This document shows, piece after piece, positions 40,129-49,968 of a stretch of DNA of 64,000 bases (its first letter is position 1; every line of letters begins with the position of its first letter). The translations under genes were made by a program, and so were the position numbers. A model generated the notes under the pieces. The model ran no database searches. It was not told the DNA's origin and saw only the letters and a program-made list of their open reading frames with translations. Source of the DNA: a virus (Duplodnaviria; Caudoviricetes); IMG/VR virus record IMGVR_UViG_3300028888_000085, positions 1 through 64,000 of that record. One strand, 5' to 3'.

Positions 40129-41232
40129 ATGCTTCGTACAGACAAACGAAACTTATTGCTTCGTAAGGAAGCATTAGGTGTCAAGTCAACAAATGTTCCT
40201 GATGTTCAGAATTTCAAGCATCTGGTGAAGCTCGCATGGAAGTTCCGTGATAAATCAGTTCAGGAGTTTTCTGACTGGTTGGAAAATAATCTCGTTGGTT
40301 TCGATGCTTATGATTATATGTATGCCATGGCTGCTTTCGGATGCCTTAACGACCAAAAACGTGTCGATGTGTGGGATGCTTTGTTCGCAGTTGTGGAACA
40401 ATTATTCGGAAAGTCTTCACCGGAATATAAGTTTGCCCTTGAAACGTATTATACGGATGCTTCGCCATGTTCCAGCCGTAAAGACGTAATACAGCACTGT
40501 CTTTACGTGTACTGGCATGACACACCTGTTGCTGTTGCCATAAGGAAAATGTGCAAAGACTCAAGCTCTTACAGAGGTCAACTCACTTATGACGATGCTT
40601 ACCCTGTTATTGCAGTATGTCGAGATACTAAAGTGAAAGGCAATGGTAATCTCTATTCCAGTTATGCTTCTGATATGGAAAAATGGTTTGAAGAGATGTT
40701 TGGTCAGAAGCAAGAGAGTCATTGTATTACACGTAAGCGTTCTACCGAGGCATCCATTCGGTTTGGAAGTGATTTGTGGCAGCAGACTGAACATATCGTG
40801 AACAAGGCCGTCCGGGATGTCATGTTTTCACATCCTCTTTGTAAGGATAGCCGTTTCAAGGTCACGGACATTGAAATTTATGCAGATGACGAACATTGGG
40901 TTGAAGGAAGCGGCGGAACGGTCGATTTTTGTGTTCAGTTTTTCAAGTCTGATTTGTTTGCTGTTGACATGGAAGTCTCGTTCTGTCCAAAAGGCGTTAT
41001 CGACGGTGAATTTCGTTGTGATTACGAAGTGATTTTGAACGATGATTCAAAAGTTCGTGTGCGTCCATACAGAGTCGAAAAGGACTTCACTGTTGACTAT
41101 AAACCAACACAGAGTTCTGCTTTTACGTACCTTTCCAATTACTTGTATGACAGCCTGAAAGAGATGATGTTTGAAGCTCTTGAGCATTTGGCTGAGGGAC
41201 TCGAAATGAAAGGCATTTTGATGAACCGTTAA
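40129..41232 (+). CDS. Putative head-packaged polyprotein (2 modules)
   Basis: AGGAG RBS. Leader MLRTDKRNLLLRKEA. Linker QESHCITRKRSTEAS. Confidence 0.55.
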   Translation: MLRTDKRNLLLRKEALGVKSTNVPDVQNFKHLVKLAWKFRDKSVQEFSDWLENNLVGFDAYDYMYAMAAFGCLNDQKRVDVWDALFAVVEQLFGKSSPEYKFALETYYTDASPCSSRKDVIQHCLYVYWHDTPVAVAIRKMCKDSSSYRGQLTYDDAYPVIAVCRDTKVKGNGNLYSSYASDMEKWFEEMFGQKQESHCITRKRSTEASIRFGSDLWQQTEHIVNKAVRDVMFSHPLCKDSRFKVTDIEIYADDEHWVEGSGGTVDFCVQFFKSDLFAVDMEVSFCPKGVIDGEFRCDYEVILNDDSKVRVRPYRVEKDFTVDYKPTQSSAFTYLSNYLYDSLKEMMFEALEHLAEGLEMKGILMNR

Positions 41233-41278
41233 TCTGTTGGATTTGGTTCATAAGTTCTATTTGAACCCCTAGGAAGTG

Positions 41279-41306
41279 AAAAGGCACTCAAATGAGTGCC
41301 TTTTTT
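41279..41306. terminator. Bidirectional terminator
   Basis: AAAAGGCACTCA-AA-TGAGTGCCTTTT between convergent genes. Confidence 0.8.
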
Positions 41307-41309
41307 GTA

Positions 41310-42419
41310 TCATGTGTTGAGGTATTGCTTGACCAAGCTGTCAATTTCTTCATCGGATGCTATCACGCTTTTTATTGCATCAAAGACCTCTTCAAATTCA
41401 TTACGTTTCAGAGCTGTTTTGACGGCATTCTTGAGCATTCTGTACGGGTAGGATAACAGACAGTTGTATTTCGTTTCGTTGTCTCTTATGAAGGTGTAGG
41501 TTTTCACATACCGTAAAATGTCATTGAGTTTTTCTTCGGTGTCTTGTGGTACAAGTAAATTCAAAGGCTTCGGGCGGTTTGACTTCCACGAACGCATTAT
41601 TGCGTTGAACATACTGTCTGCTTCGTAAAATCGTATGTTCAGTGACCTTGACATCTCGTCACGAACACTGTGATTTACCTGTGTTGTTATCACGCTTTTT
41701 ATCATCGTGAACAGCCGTGAATTATCGCTGATTCCTTTTAAGAAAAACAGACGGTTGACAGAAGGAAGACGCATGAACTCCGGTACGGTGAAAAACACAT
41801 CATCCTCAACGTGGTCTTTTATATCAGTGTGTTTCTCTGTCACTGAACTTTCCATGCAGTTCTGGGCTTCGAGTGTTTTGGTCACATCATACTCCTGATG
41901 TGGAGTGGTCTGTTTGAGTGACTGTTTGAGTGATGTGAAGTCATCGTTCATATTTTTAAGGCTTGTCTCCAACGTCTCTGTTTTCTTTTTAATGCTTTCG
42001 TACTCAGTTTTCATCGACTCTACAATGTAGGGGAACTCTTTAAGCGTAATGTCTTTACTTGTCTTTTCTTTTAGGTACAGCTCGCAGAGTTTCTTGGTCA
42101 CGAATGCGATGAATCTGTTTGCAACTGTTGGTGCGTATTCTATCATAAGCATGATGGAAACAGACAGGTTGTACATCGTATCTTGCATTCCGTACCGTAC
42201 ACACTTGTCATCGTCAAGCACTCCGCTTGTCATTATGCGGTTGGCCTTAACGAATGCAACCGTCGCATTACACAGGTCGCTTATCTGTTCGGATGTGAGC
42301 CATACAGTGCAGTTTTCAAGGTCAAAATTTTCACGTGGTATGTCGATGTTTATCTGCTTGTCGCCATATACCGTGTCAAATGTGATGAGTTCGCTTGTTT
42401 CAAAATTTTTCTTTTTCAT
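41310..42419 (-). CDS. RhuM-like DNA-binding/antirepressor-type protein
   Basis: TVWLTSEQISDL...YNLSVSI...ANRFIAFVTKKLCELY parallels the RhuM family N-domain; coiled coil follows. Confidence 0.55.
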   Translation of the reverse strand: MKKKNFETSELITFDTVYGDKQINIDIPRENFDLENCTVWLTSEQISDLCNATVAFVKANRIMTSGVLDDDKCVRYGMQDTMYNLSVSIMLMIEYAPTVANRFIAFVTKKLCELYLKEKTSKDITLKEFPYIVESMKTEYESIKKKTETLETSLKNMNDDFTSLKQSLKQTTPHQEYDVTKTLEAQNCMESSVTEKHTDIKDHVEDDVFFTVPEFMRLPSVNRLFFLKGISDNSRLFTMIKSVITTQVNHSVRDEMSRSLNIRFYEADSMFNAIMRSWKSNRPKPLNLLVPQDTEEKLNDILRYVKTYTFIRDNETKYNCLLSYPYRMLKNAVKTALKRNEFEEVFDAIKSVIASDEEIDSLVKQYLNT

Positions 42420-42545
42420 ACCTTTACCCTCTACCTATGAGTTACATGTGAGTAACAAAAAGACCAAAAAATCTTGGTCTTGTCTCTTAGTTCTATCATA
42501 CTCATGTGTGTCTTTTGTTTCACAGCACCATAAGTTGAGCGTGCC

Positions 42546-42866
42546 ATGAGATTTGCAGTCAGGAATCCATACGACAACGGTTATGCCGGTGTTCTTGTTC
42601 AACGTGTTCTGGCACAGGGTCTTCTGTGTTTTATGCAGCTGTCAAAAATGGAACTTCGTAAATCAAAATTAAGGGAGTGTGACAGTGTTTTGCGCAGCAT
42701 TGCGTATGACGAGGTACGGCATGAGTTTTACTTCAAGCAGGACATTCGATTCAGACAGATGTATTACAACGACACCGTGCCGGTGCTGCGGTCGTGGGTA
42801 TCGTCATTTTTGCAGTATATAACGGTTTCGCCTTTGGTTGGAAATCTCAGGAGGTTTGGGTTATGA
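42546..42866 (+). CDS. Hypothetical protein
   Basis: 106 aa; its stop overlaps the next start (ATGA). Confidence 0.55.
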   Translation: MRFAVRNPYDNGYAGVLVQRVLAQGLLCFMQLSKMELRKSKLRECDSVLRSIAYDEVRHEFYFKQDIRFRQMYYNDTVPVLRSWVSSFLQYITVSPLVGNLRRFGL

Positions 42867-43450
42867 TTAAGAGCAGTAAAGACAGTCAGAAGAAAACACG
42901 TTACGAGCATCTTTCGTCCACAAAGAAAGGTTGTGTAAAGAAACTTCGTTGTGAGGGTGCTAATGAAAACAAGCGTACTACGTATGGATGCATCAATCCA
43001 GAGGACGCTGAGTATTGCGACGTACTTTATCAGGTAGGTATTTGGCCTGGTGCTGGGTATTTTCTTGATACGATGCTCGTATGGGGCGGAAAGTCCATCG
43101 AAGAAGTTCTCGAAACCGCTGTCGGGTGGTGTGAAGATAACGCTCCACACTTGCTTGTTTCCGATGAGGACGTTTACGATATTCAGGGTGATTATGTCCG
43201 TGATGCTATTCTTGACGACCCTGAAAAATTCGGCTTTACACCTGAAGATGTTGAAAGCGTCAAAGACATGAGCATGGATGAAATCTGTAACCGTATTGGC
43301 GGTGATGATGTTTGGTACGATTTGTGTGATGAAGCACTTGAGGCATACGACATTCTGTACGTTGACCCACAGCTTTACGTTCGTGGAGAAAATCTCCGTA
43401 TCGAAGAGGTTGACCCTGCTGACTATCCTGATGACGGTGTTCGTCCTTAG
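42863..43450 (+). CDS. Acidic protein with basic leader (putative head cargo)
   Basis: AGGAGG RBS. MIKSSKDSQKKTRYE...KKLRCEG followed by an acidic body. Confidence 0.6.
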   Translation: MIKSSKDSQKKTRYEHLSSTKKGCVKKLRCEGANENKRTTYGCINPEDAEYCDVLYQVGIWPGAGYFLDTMLVWGGKSIEEVLETAVGWCEDNAPHLLVSDEDVYDIQGDYVRDAILDDPEKFGFTPEDVESVKDMSMDEICNRIGGDDVWYDLCDEALEAYDILYVDPQLYVRGENLRIEEVDPADYPDDGVRP

Positions 43451-43543
43451 TATGAAATAACGTTTATCTTTGAAACGATGACAAAAAGTCCGCATGGGAT
43501 TCTTCCTTTACGGACTTTTTTTATTTTGAACTTTGGTGGCACG

Positions 43544-43726
43544 ATGAAATACTGTATCGAACTGAAACGTGTTAGTGATTCTGAATGGCGTCAGTATAAG
43601 ACGTATGATTCATGCATTGTTGCTCATTTCAATGCATTTAGGGGTCGTGTCTGGACAAACTTTTTGCTCTGTCTTCGTGGTGTAGACCAACGCATAGAAA
43701 CACGTGTTGTACCTGTTTACGAATGA
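43544..43726 (+). CDS. Small hypothetical protein
   Basis: 60-aa ORF after a terminator-like hairpin. Confidence 0.45.
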   Translation: MKYCIELKRVSDSEWRQYKTYDSCIVAHFNAFRGRVWTNFLLCLRGVDQRIETRVVPVYE

Positions 43727-43923
43727 CTCCTGGCACGCGTCATAAAGTCTTTTGTTTCTTTTGTTTCATAAACATAAGCATCCACCGTGTGACATTTATT
43801 ATCAAAGTTTGGTGCTGACATTTACGTGCCGTATGTGCATTTAAGGTCTTCACCTGTTGTGCGCACATCGGTGCTGACCCGCACGGGCACGATTTTACGT
43901 TGTACAACGAAAAGGAGATGCTT

Positions 43924-46884
43924 ATGAAACCTACAACGACGAGAGAGGCGGCTTACGTCCAGACATATATCAAGGACAATTCGCTTATTAAGAACGCACC
44001 TGATTTCGCCGGACTGTTCGCATGTGTCACGCCGTGGGGACCGAAGCCCAAGGCAGACTCGGATGAAATTGTTTACGAACCTGTGTTTATTCAAGATACA
44101 GATACGCTTGACCGTGTGTTTGGCGACCCACGTATTGACCCTGAAAAGTATCGTGACCTCTATGCAGTTCGTGAAATTGTACGTACCGGGTTCTCTGTTT
44201 ACATCAGCAAAGTACCATCTGGTGACCCTGCTGAGTTTCTTTGTCTGTTGAATGATGCGTCAAAGAAAGACACTTCCACAGAGATAATGCGTACAGACGA
44301 AGACGGTGTGCTTCTTATTGACGGTCATACGAAACTTTCAGATATAACGAATGGAAATGGTATTCCTGTGCTTGGTTTTGAGACTGCTTTCGGTACGATT
44401 GATGAGGTCGCCAAGAAAGAACTTGATTCAACCAATACCATTTCGATGCGTCGAATGGGTGCTTTTGGTAACAACATTGCTGTAAAGGTTTCCCGTGAAT
44501 CCACTATGCAGGATGGCGTCGAAACAGGAAGCATCTATACCGTACATGTCGGTGAAAAGGTTTCTGATGGTTACAAAGAGGTTGAAAATCTTGCTTCAAG
44601 TGGTGATACAGTTGCGAACGCTTTCGATTCAAATACGGTAGTGTCTGGTTCTTTTGACAAGAGTGATGAAGAGCTTTTGACTGCTATGTCTGACTGGACT
44701 GCCCTTGAGGGTGGTGTCGGTAACTATCATGGTATCTGGAAAATCGGAGACTTGGCGAAACTTCGCAATCTCTATGGAATTGATGACAGTTCACCTGCGT
44801 ATGAGATTATTACGTACTGGTTCAATTCGGCTGGATGTGGTGAGTTTATTTTCGTACCGTTCCCGGCGTCCGAACCTGATATCGACATTGCAGATGCTTT
44901 CGGGAAACTCTCCGCTATGGGAGCTTCAAAGAAATCCATTATTGCCATCGACACAACCGATACTGACTGGTATTCGCAGACAGAGGTTAAGAATGCCATT
45001 GAAGACAATGATTATGTCGTGATTCTGTCGAGAGTCGCTACTGGGTCAGATACTCCGGGTGCTCTTGCACCTGTCGATATGTTTGCAACATACCCGTCAA
45101 GCGTTAAGATGGCTTCAACAAATACGAAGTTCGGGATGAACATTGCACTGGCTTGCGCAGTCAACCAAAAACGTAATCCTGTTGATGTTTCTGTAAAAAC
45201 AGATGACATGCTTGGTCGTTTTCTCCCTGGTATCGTGCCATGCACGCTTTCAGGTGTTGAAGTACTGTACGATGCTACGAAATATGAAGATGCGAAGACA
45301 AACAATCTGATTACGTTTGCACCGACTGGTTCTGGTGAAACACGTCTTTATGTTGCTAACAGCCCTGTGTCGTGTACATACATGGTTGAGGGAATTGATT
45401 ACAAGGTCGAGACCGTTATGGTTGACGGCGAAATCAAGACAAAAGTCACATTCCAGAAGCAGAAGAATTCTGAAGGTGATGAAATCCCTTACACAGATGG
45501 TCTTGAGGTTTCTGTTGAACATACGGCTGCGACAAAACCTTATGCTGATGTTGTTTCGAGCATCACCGATGAACTCTATTTGATGACAGCATTGATACAG
45601 CTCAAACCGAAATCTTTGGGTCTGTATGCAATGGATGTACGTCTGTATTCTCATTACGATGCAGCGAATCCTGACCAGAACGTGATTGTTTCCACACGTG
45701 TTTCCCTGGCTGAGGGGTTATCCAATGGTGCTTTCATGGAGTCTTTGAACTCTGTGTTGGGCAGCTATCTGTCGTTTAATCTTATGGAACCCTATGAGGC
45801 AGAAGGTACGGATGTTGTGGAGACTTTACGTGCTGTCGTTAAAAGCGGCCATACTTGTGGAGACCCAATCATTCTGTCACAGGGGAAAATGTCGTTCAGT
45901 GTCGGTGATTATCAGCGTGCTTTTGAAGAGTTCAAGAATCCTGCATATAACGGATGCTTTATTTCCGAGCTGTCGGCGATGGTTACCGATGCTGATGGAA
46001 ACATTGTCCATCTCCCTGAAACAACGGATGAGTCTCCAAGACGTGTGTTACATTACTACCTCAAACAGATTGCTGCTGACCGTAAGGATTTGACATGCGT
46101 CTTTACAACGCCTTATGGTCTGTCGTTGGATGATGCGTGCAACTGGGTAAACAGCCTTGACCGTTATTCAGACCTGTGGGAATACGGTGTGTCAGAACCT
46201 GTGACTTATGTCGAGCAGAGTTTTTACTGTGAGATGTACTGGGATTGGGTTCGTGTGACCTGTCAGAAACTGAATAACGGTGTCATTTCAAAGACTGTAC
46301 GTGTTGACATGTCGCCATGTTATCTCGTTATCATGCGTGGTCTTGCTTCATATCGTACACGAGGTACCTTCTATCCGGTTGCCGGTGAGCAGGGCGGTAA
46401 ACTTCCAGATGGTGTTGCCGTTATTCGTAACCCATCGACAAAGACAGAACGAAACAAACTTATCAATCATCGAATCAATCCGATTTTCGATTTGGGCGTA
46501 CTTGGTGTTCAAATTTACGGCAATGAAACCTTGAATTACAAGTACACAGATTTGAGTGCCGCCCACATCGCACGAACTCTTGTGTATATTCACCAACAGG
46601 TTGACCGTTACACGAACACACTTACTTTCTCGCTCAATGATCGCTCGCTCTGGCAGAAATGGAAACAGTATGTTTCGTCCAACATTCTTGACCCGATTTA
46701 TGCTCTTGGCGGTCTTGCACAGTATTCTGTTGCAATGGGTTTTGACACGACATCGCCTGAACTTATCGCACAGCGTAAGATTAACGGTGTGATTCATTTA
46801 CAGTTCGTTCCTGATGCTGAAATCTTTACTGTTGATTTCATCGTGGATTCGTCAGCAAATACAGTTGAATCTGGAGCAATCTAA
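43924..46884 (+). CDS. Contractile tail sheath protein
   Basis: N-terminal TPWGP...VFGDP. C-terminal ERNKLINHRINPI, IYGNETL, HIARTL, FSLNDRSLW, GGLAQYSV and PDAEIF are sheath hallmarks. Confidence 0.9.
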   Translation: MKPTTTREAAYVQTYIKDNSLIKNAPDFAGLFACVTPWGPKPKADSDEIVYEPVFIQDTDTLDRVFGDPRIDPEKYRDLYAVREIVRTGFSVYISKVPSGDPAEFLCLLNDASKKDTSTEIMRTDEDGVLLIDGHTKLSDITNGNGIPVLGFETAFGTIDEVAKKELDSTNTISMRRMGAFGNNIAVKVSRESTMQDGVETGSIYTVHVGEKVSDGYKEVENLASSGDTVANAFDSNTVVSGSFDKSDEELLTAMSDWTALEGGVGNYHGIWKIGDLAKLRNLYGIDDSSPAYEIITYWFNSAGCGEFIFVPFPASEPDIDIADAFGKLSAMGASKKSIIAIDTTDTDWYSQTEVKNAIEDNDYVVILSRVATGSDTPGALAPVDMFATYPSSVKMASTNTKFGMNIALACAVNQKRNPVDVSVKTDDMLGRFLPGIVPCTLSGVEVLYDATKYEDAKTNNLITFAPTGSGETRLYVANSPVSCTYMVEGIDYKVETVMVDGEIKTKVTFQKQKNSEGDEIPYTDGLEVSVEHTAATKPYADVVSSITDELYLMTALIQLKPKSLGLYAMDVRLYSHYDAANPDQNVIVSTRVSLAEGLSNGAFMESLNSVLGSYLSFNLMEPYEAEGTDVVETLRAVVKSGHTCGDPIILSQGKMSFSVGDYQRAFEEFKNPAYNGCFISELSAMVTDADGNIVHLPETTDESPRRVLHYYLKQIAADRKDLTCVFTTPYGLSLDDACNWVNSLDRYSDLWEYGVSEPVTYVEQSFYCEMYWDWVRVTCQKLNNGVISKTVRVDMSPCYLVIMRGLASYRTRGTFYPVAGEQGGKLPDGVAVIRNPSTKTERNKLINHRINPIFDLGVLGVQIYGNETLNYKYTDLSAAHIARTLVYIHQQVDRYTNTLTFSLNDRSLWQKWKQYVSSNILDPIYALGGLAQYSVAMGFDTTSPELIAQRKINGVIHLQFVPDAEIFTVDFIVDSSANTVESGAI

Positions 46885-47018
46885 ATCCTTAGACACATCC
46901 TGTACGGCTATCGAAACAGACAGTAAATTCTATAATCTGTTTACTCGCCGTACAGGACGTTTACAGGGATTGTGAATTTGAAATTCTGCATAATTCATAC
47001 GATATAGGAGATAAACCC

Positions 47019-48164
47019 ATGCTTATTAAACGAGAGCATAAAAATAGTGTACAGCGTAATGTGCAGCGTATGTCGGTACGGCGTGATGAGAAGAATGAGA
47101 TTTCTGACTCTCTGATTGAAGCAGAAGACCGAAAAGAGTTCGACATCCTGTGCAAAACAATGGGTGCAACAGATGAAGACCTTGCTGTCGAAGCAAGAAC
47201 AAAGGACATCATTATCGGTCGTATCAGCAGTTCTCTTGAAATGAAGCGTTCGTTGATGTTTGATGTTATGAACACAACTGTTGATAAGGACAAGAAAGAA
47301 AAAGTCTTAACGTATCACATTAAAGTGTCGAAAGGCGACCTTGCTGATAGCTGCCTTAAATCCCTTGAGAAAGGTTGTTTAATTTGCATTGAGGGTGCTC
47401 TTACTGGAGACACAATGAAAGCGTCACGTATTTGCTTCCTCGGCAAACGAAAATCTGAATCGCTTCGCCTTATCAGCATGAAAATGAAGTCTGAGAAAGT
47501 GCATAAGGTTTCTTCTATCTGCAAAGCATCGGCAAATGAAGATGACCATCCGATTTACAAGGTGTCGTGTATTACTCGTGAGCATTCAGCGACACGTAAG
47601 AAGTACAGCGGTGAGTTTGACTCGCTTCAGGATGCCATGAAAGTTTGCGCACAGGCTTACAATGCAGGAGTTGATGTCTGTGTCGAATGCGGTGACCAAC
47701 CTTTCGCAAAGATTTACACCAAAACGAAAGAGTTTGAAGACTTTACGGATGATTCAAGTGCCACGAGTGCTTTTCGTGAAGCTATGATGTGGTCGAAGTC
47801 GCCTGAAAGACGAAAGAAAGATGAAGAAGAAATCAGCACCCAGGTTCCTGATGTGAACTCTCTTGCGGAAATGATTCCTGACAATTCGGTTATTCCTGAT
47901 GGTGATGAGATTCATTTCTCTGAATCTGATGGTAAAAGCGAATGTGATACGGACAAAGATGCCAAGAAAGAAACTGCATCGGATGTCAACCCTGACATCC
48001 TGTCGCAGGAATCGAATAACGAAGACCCGAACGACATTCGCATTTATGCTAAGAATCATCAGATGACTGTTATGACTGAAGCTCATGTAAACGGTGTCAA
48101 ACTTACACGCATGTGCCCTGGTGTTTCAGGTAAGTTTAACGGACGCAACCGTCTGAAACAGTAA
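47019..48164 (+). CDS. Modular protein with an SSB-like OB-fold domain and basic Glu-bounded linkers
   Basis: IIIGRI...GDLADSCLKSLEKGCLICIEGAL...ASRICFL matches the SSB pattern. Leader MLIKRE...RRDE; linker RKSES...KMKSE. Confidence 0.55.
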   Translation: MLIKREHKNSVQRNVQRMSVRRDEKNEISDSLIEAEDRKEFDILCKTMGATDEDLAVEARTKDIIIGRISSSLEMKRSLMFDVMNTTVDKDKKEKVLTYHIKVSKGDLADSCLKSLEKGCLICIEGALTGDTMKASRICFLGKRKSESLRLISMKMKSEKVHKVSSICKASANEDDHPIYKVSCITREHSATRKKYSGEFDSLQDAMKVCAQAYNAGVDVCVECGDQPFAKIYTKTKEFEDFTDDSSATSAFREAMMWSKSPERRKKDEEEISTQVPDVNSLAEMIPDNSVIPDGDEIHFSESDGKSECDTDKDAKKETASDVNPDILSQESNNEDPNDIRIYAKNHQMTVMTEAHVNGVKLTRMCPGVSGKFNGRNRLKQ

Positions 48165-48181
48165 TTAGTAGGAGGCTTATC

Positions 48182-48778
48182 ATGGCTGACAATGTAAAAT
48201 TATCGCAGTATTACGGTGCGTCTCATTTCTCAAACAGTGTCAACTGGGAACCTCAACGTGACGCACACTGGGAACTTAAAATCGACCTTCCGACAACACA
48301 GTTCCCTGATAAAATTAACAGTGCCCGTCGTTCTTTCACGAATGTCGATGAGGAAGTTATCCGACTTGCTGTTCAGTCCGTAGGTCTTCCTCAGCTTGGT
48401 GTTACACCCTCACCTGTACGTCGTGGTAATGACCAGGTGTTCTTTGCCACGAACCCGCAGATGGGAGGTAACTTCAACATCACGTGTATTGATGCCATTG
48501 GTTACGATGTTCAGAATCTTCTTCTTGACTGGTTCCGTTTGATTTACAACTTTGACGGAAACCGACTGATGGGTCTTGCAGTGAATTACAAAACAACGGC
48601 TACGTTGTTTGTGTTTGCACCAGATGCTTCTGTTATCCGTGCATGGGAAGTTTACGGTCTGTTCCCAACCTCGTTGCAGATTCCACAGATGGGTACGCAG
48701 GGCGGTTTCACGACAATCAATGCAAGTTTTTCATGTGACCGTCTTGAACGTGTGTCCATTGCCACGTCTAACTCGTAA
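48182..48778 (+). CDS. Tail tube protein (T4 gp19-like)
   Basis: RRGNDQVFFA, ITCIDA...LLDWF, YKTTATL...WEVYGLFPTSL; located near the sheath. Confidence 0.85.
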   Translation: MADNVKLSQYYGASHFSNSVNWEPQRDAHWELKIDLPTTQFPDKINSARRSFTNVDEEVIRLAVQSVGLPQLGVTPSPVRRGNDQVFFATNPQMGGNFNITCIDAIGYDVQNLLLDWFRLIYNFDGNRLMGLAVNYKTTATLFVFAPDASVIRAWEVYGLFPTSLQIPQMGTQGGFTTINASFSCDRLERVSIATSNS

Positions 48779-48797
48779 TGTGATGGAGGACAGGTTT

Positions 48798-49739
48798 ATG
48801 GCTACTCTCTATAAGGAAACAAACCTGCTTCACTCTGATGAAGCACTTACGGATGTTTATGGTCGTGAAATCAAGCGTTCATTTTCATTGCCAAAGTACG
48901 AAAGTTTTGACCATGGTGACCGTGATGCTGATGCAGAAATTATGCAGGAATCACTGACCGTAAACAAGCCGACTGAAATCTTTGAGGATGAAGAATCACG
49001 TGAGGCTCTCGAAAACGTCATTGACGGTATTCTTACTCAGAATGGGTGTGGTAATGATGCGACACTCGATATTGTTCATCATACAGACGGTTCTGAAACA
49101 TGGAATCTCAAAGCGTATGCAGATACTCTCACGTCTTCGTCTGATGGGACTGAGGATGACAGACCTGCAATGGTGATTTCGGTTGATGTGGATAACGGCG
49201 GAATCATTACGCACATCGAAGGTCAAGACGGTATTTCTGCTGTTATTAACAGTCGTATCGATTCTCAGAGCTTCTTGGATTTCGTGCGTTCACAGGTTTC
49301 AGAATATATGGAACTCGTTGGTCACATTGAAAGTGAGGTTCAGGGTGATGCTGTCGATTTGGGTGTTGGCGTTACAGCACTGACAACTAATCTGCGTGAG
49401 ACTTCTCAAAATATAGCACGTGCGATTGATTCTTCTGTGCAGAGCGTATGTGCTGATTACATTATTGATTTGACAAGGGTGTATAGCTCATCCCTGTCAG
49501 AGACTTCGCTTGTTTCTTATACTGGAAATTACGCTGATAAAGACCGAATGCCGCATAAATTGACTGTGGACGTTGTACCTTACAACAATGCTCTGGCGAT
49601 GGTTATTACCTCTGATGGTACTGCCGTTAAAACAGCTGAAGACATTAAGGACGCTTCTGCATTTGTTGACTGGGTCCGTGACTCTGCTTCGTATCGAATG
49701 AACGAAGGACGTAAACTTGTGTTGCGTTCTGTTCGATAA
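48798..49739 (+). CDS. Hypothetical acidic protein with basic C-terminal tail
   Basis: GGAGG RBS. Ends RMNEGRKLVLRSVR. Confidence 0.65.
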   Translation: MATLYKETNLLHSDEALTDVYGREIKRSFSLPKYESFDHGDRDADAEIMQESLTVNKPTEIFEDEESREALENVIDGILTQNGCGNDATLDIVHHTDGSETWNLKAYADTLTSSSDGTEDDRPAMVISVDVDNGGIITHIEGQDGISAVINSRIDSQSFLDFVRSQVSEYMELVGHIESEVQGDAVDLGVGVTALTTNLRETSQNIARAIDSSVQSVCADYIIDLTRVYSSSLSETSLVSYTGNYADKDRMPHKLTVDVVPYNNALAMVITSDGTAVKTAEDIKDASAFVDWVRDSASYRMNEGRKLVLRSVR

Positions 49740-49830
49740 TGCTTGATGCGTTTCAGAGTACGGTTCGGTTTCGTCAAGGGGATTTTCCAGTCAGGTTAAT
49801 CCCCTTTTCTTTTTCGTTCATGTACCCACC

Positions 49831-49931
49831 AAATTTGCCCTGTACTAAAAAGTTACGACCTTACCCTAGTGAGTACACGTCTAAAACAAAAAATCGAGTA
49901 CAGAGCAAATTAGACCCCTTTACGGACGTGT
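49831..49931 (+). repeat. Dispersed ~90-bp intergenic element, copy C
   Basis: AAATTTGCCCTGTACTAAAAAGTTACG...GAGTACAC...AAAACAAAAAATCG...GCAAATTAGACCC. Confidence 0.9.
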
Positions 49932-49968
49932 TCAATTTTTACATTGAGTTCTTTGGAGATTTTATACC

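Noticed and set aside
27613-43755. Shared 13-mer TAAAGTCTTTTGT upstream of two genes
   Set aside because: Only two exact copies in AT-rich DNA; too few to call a regulatory site.
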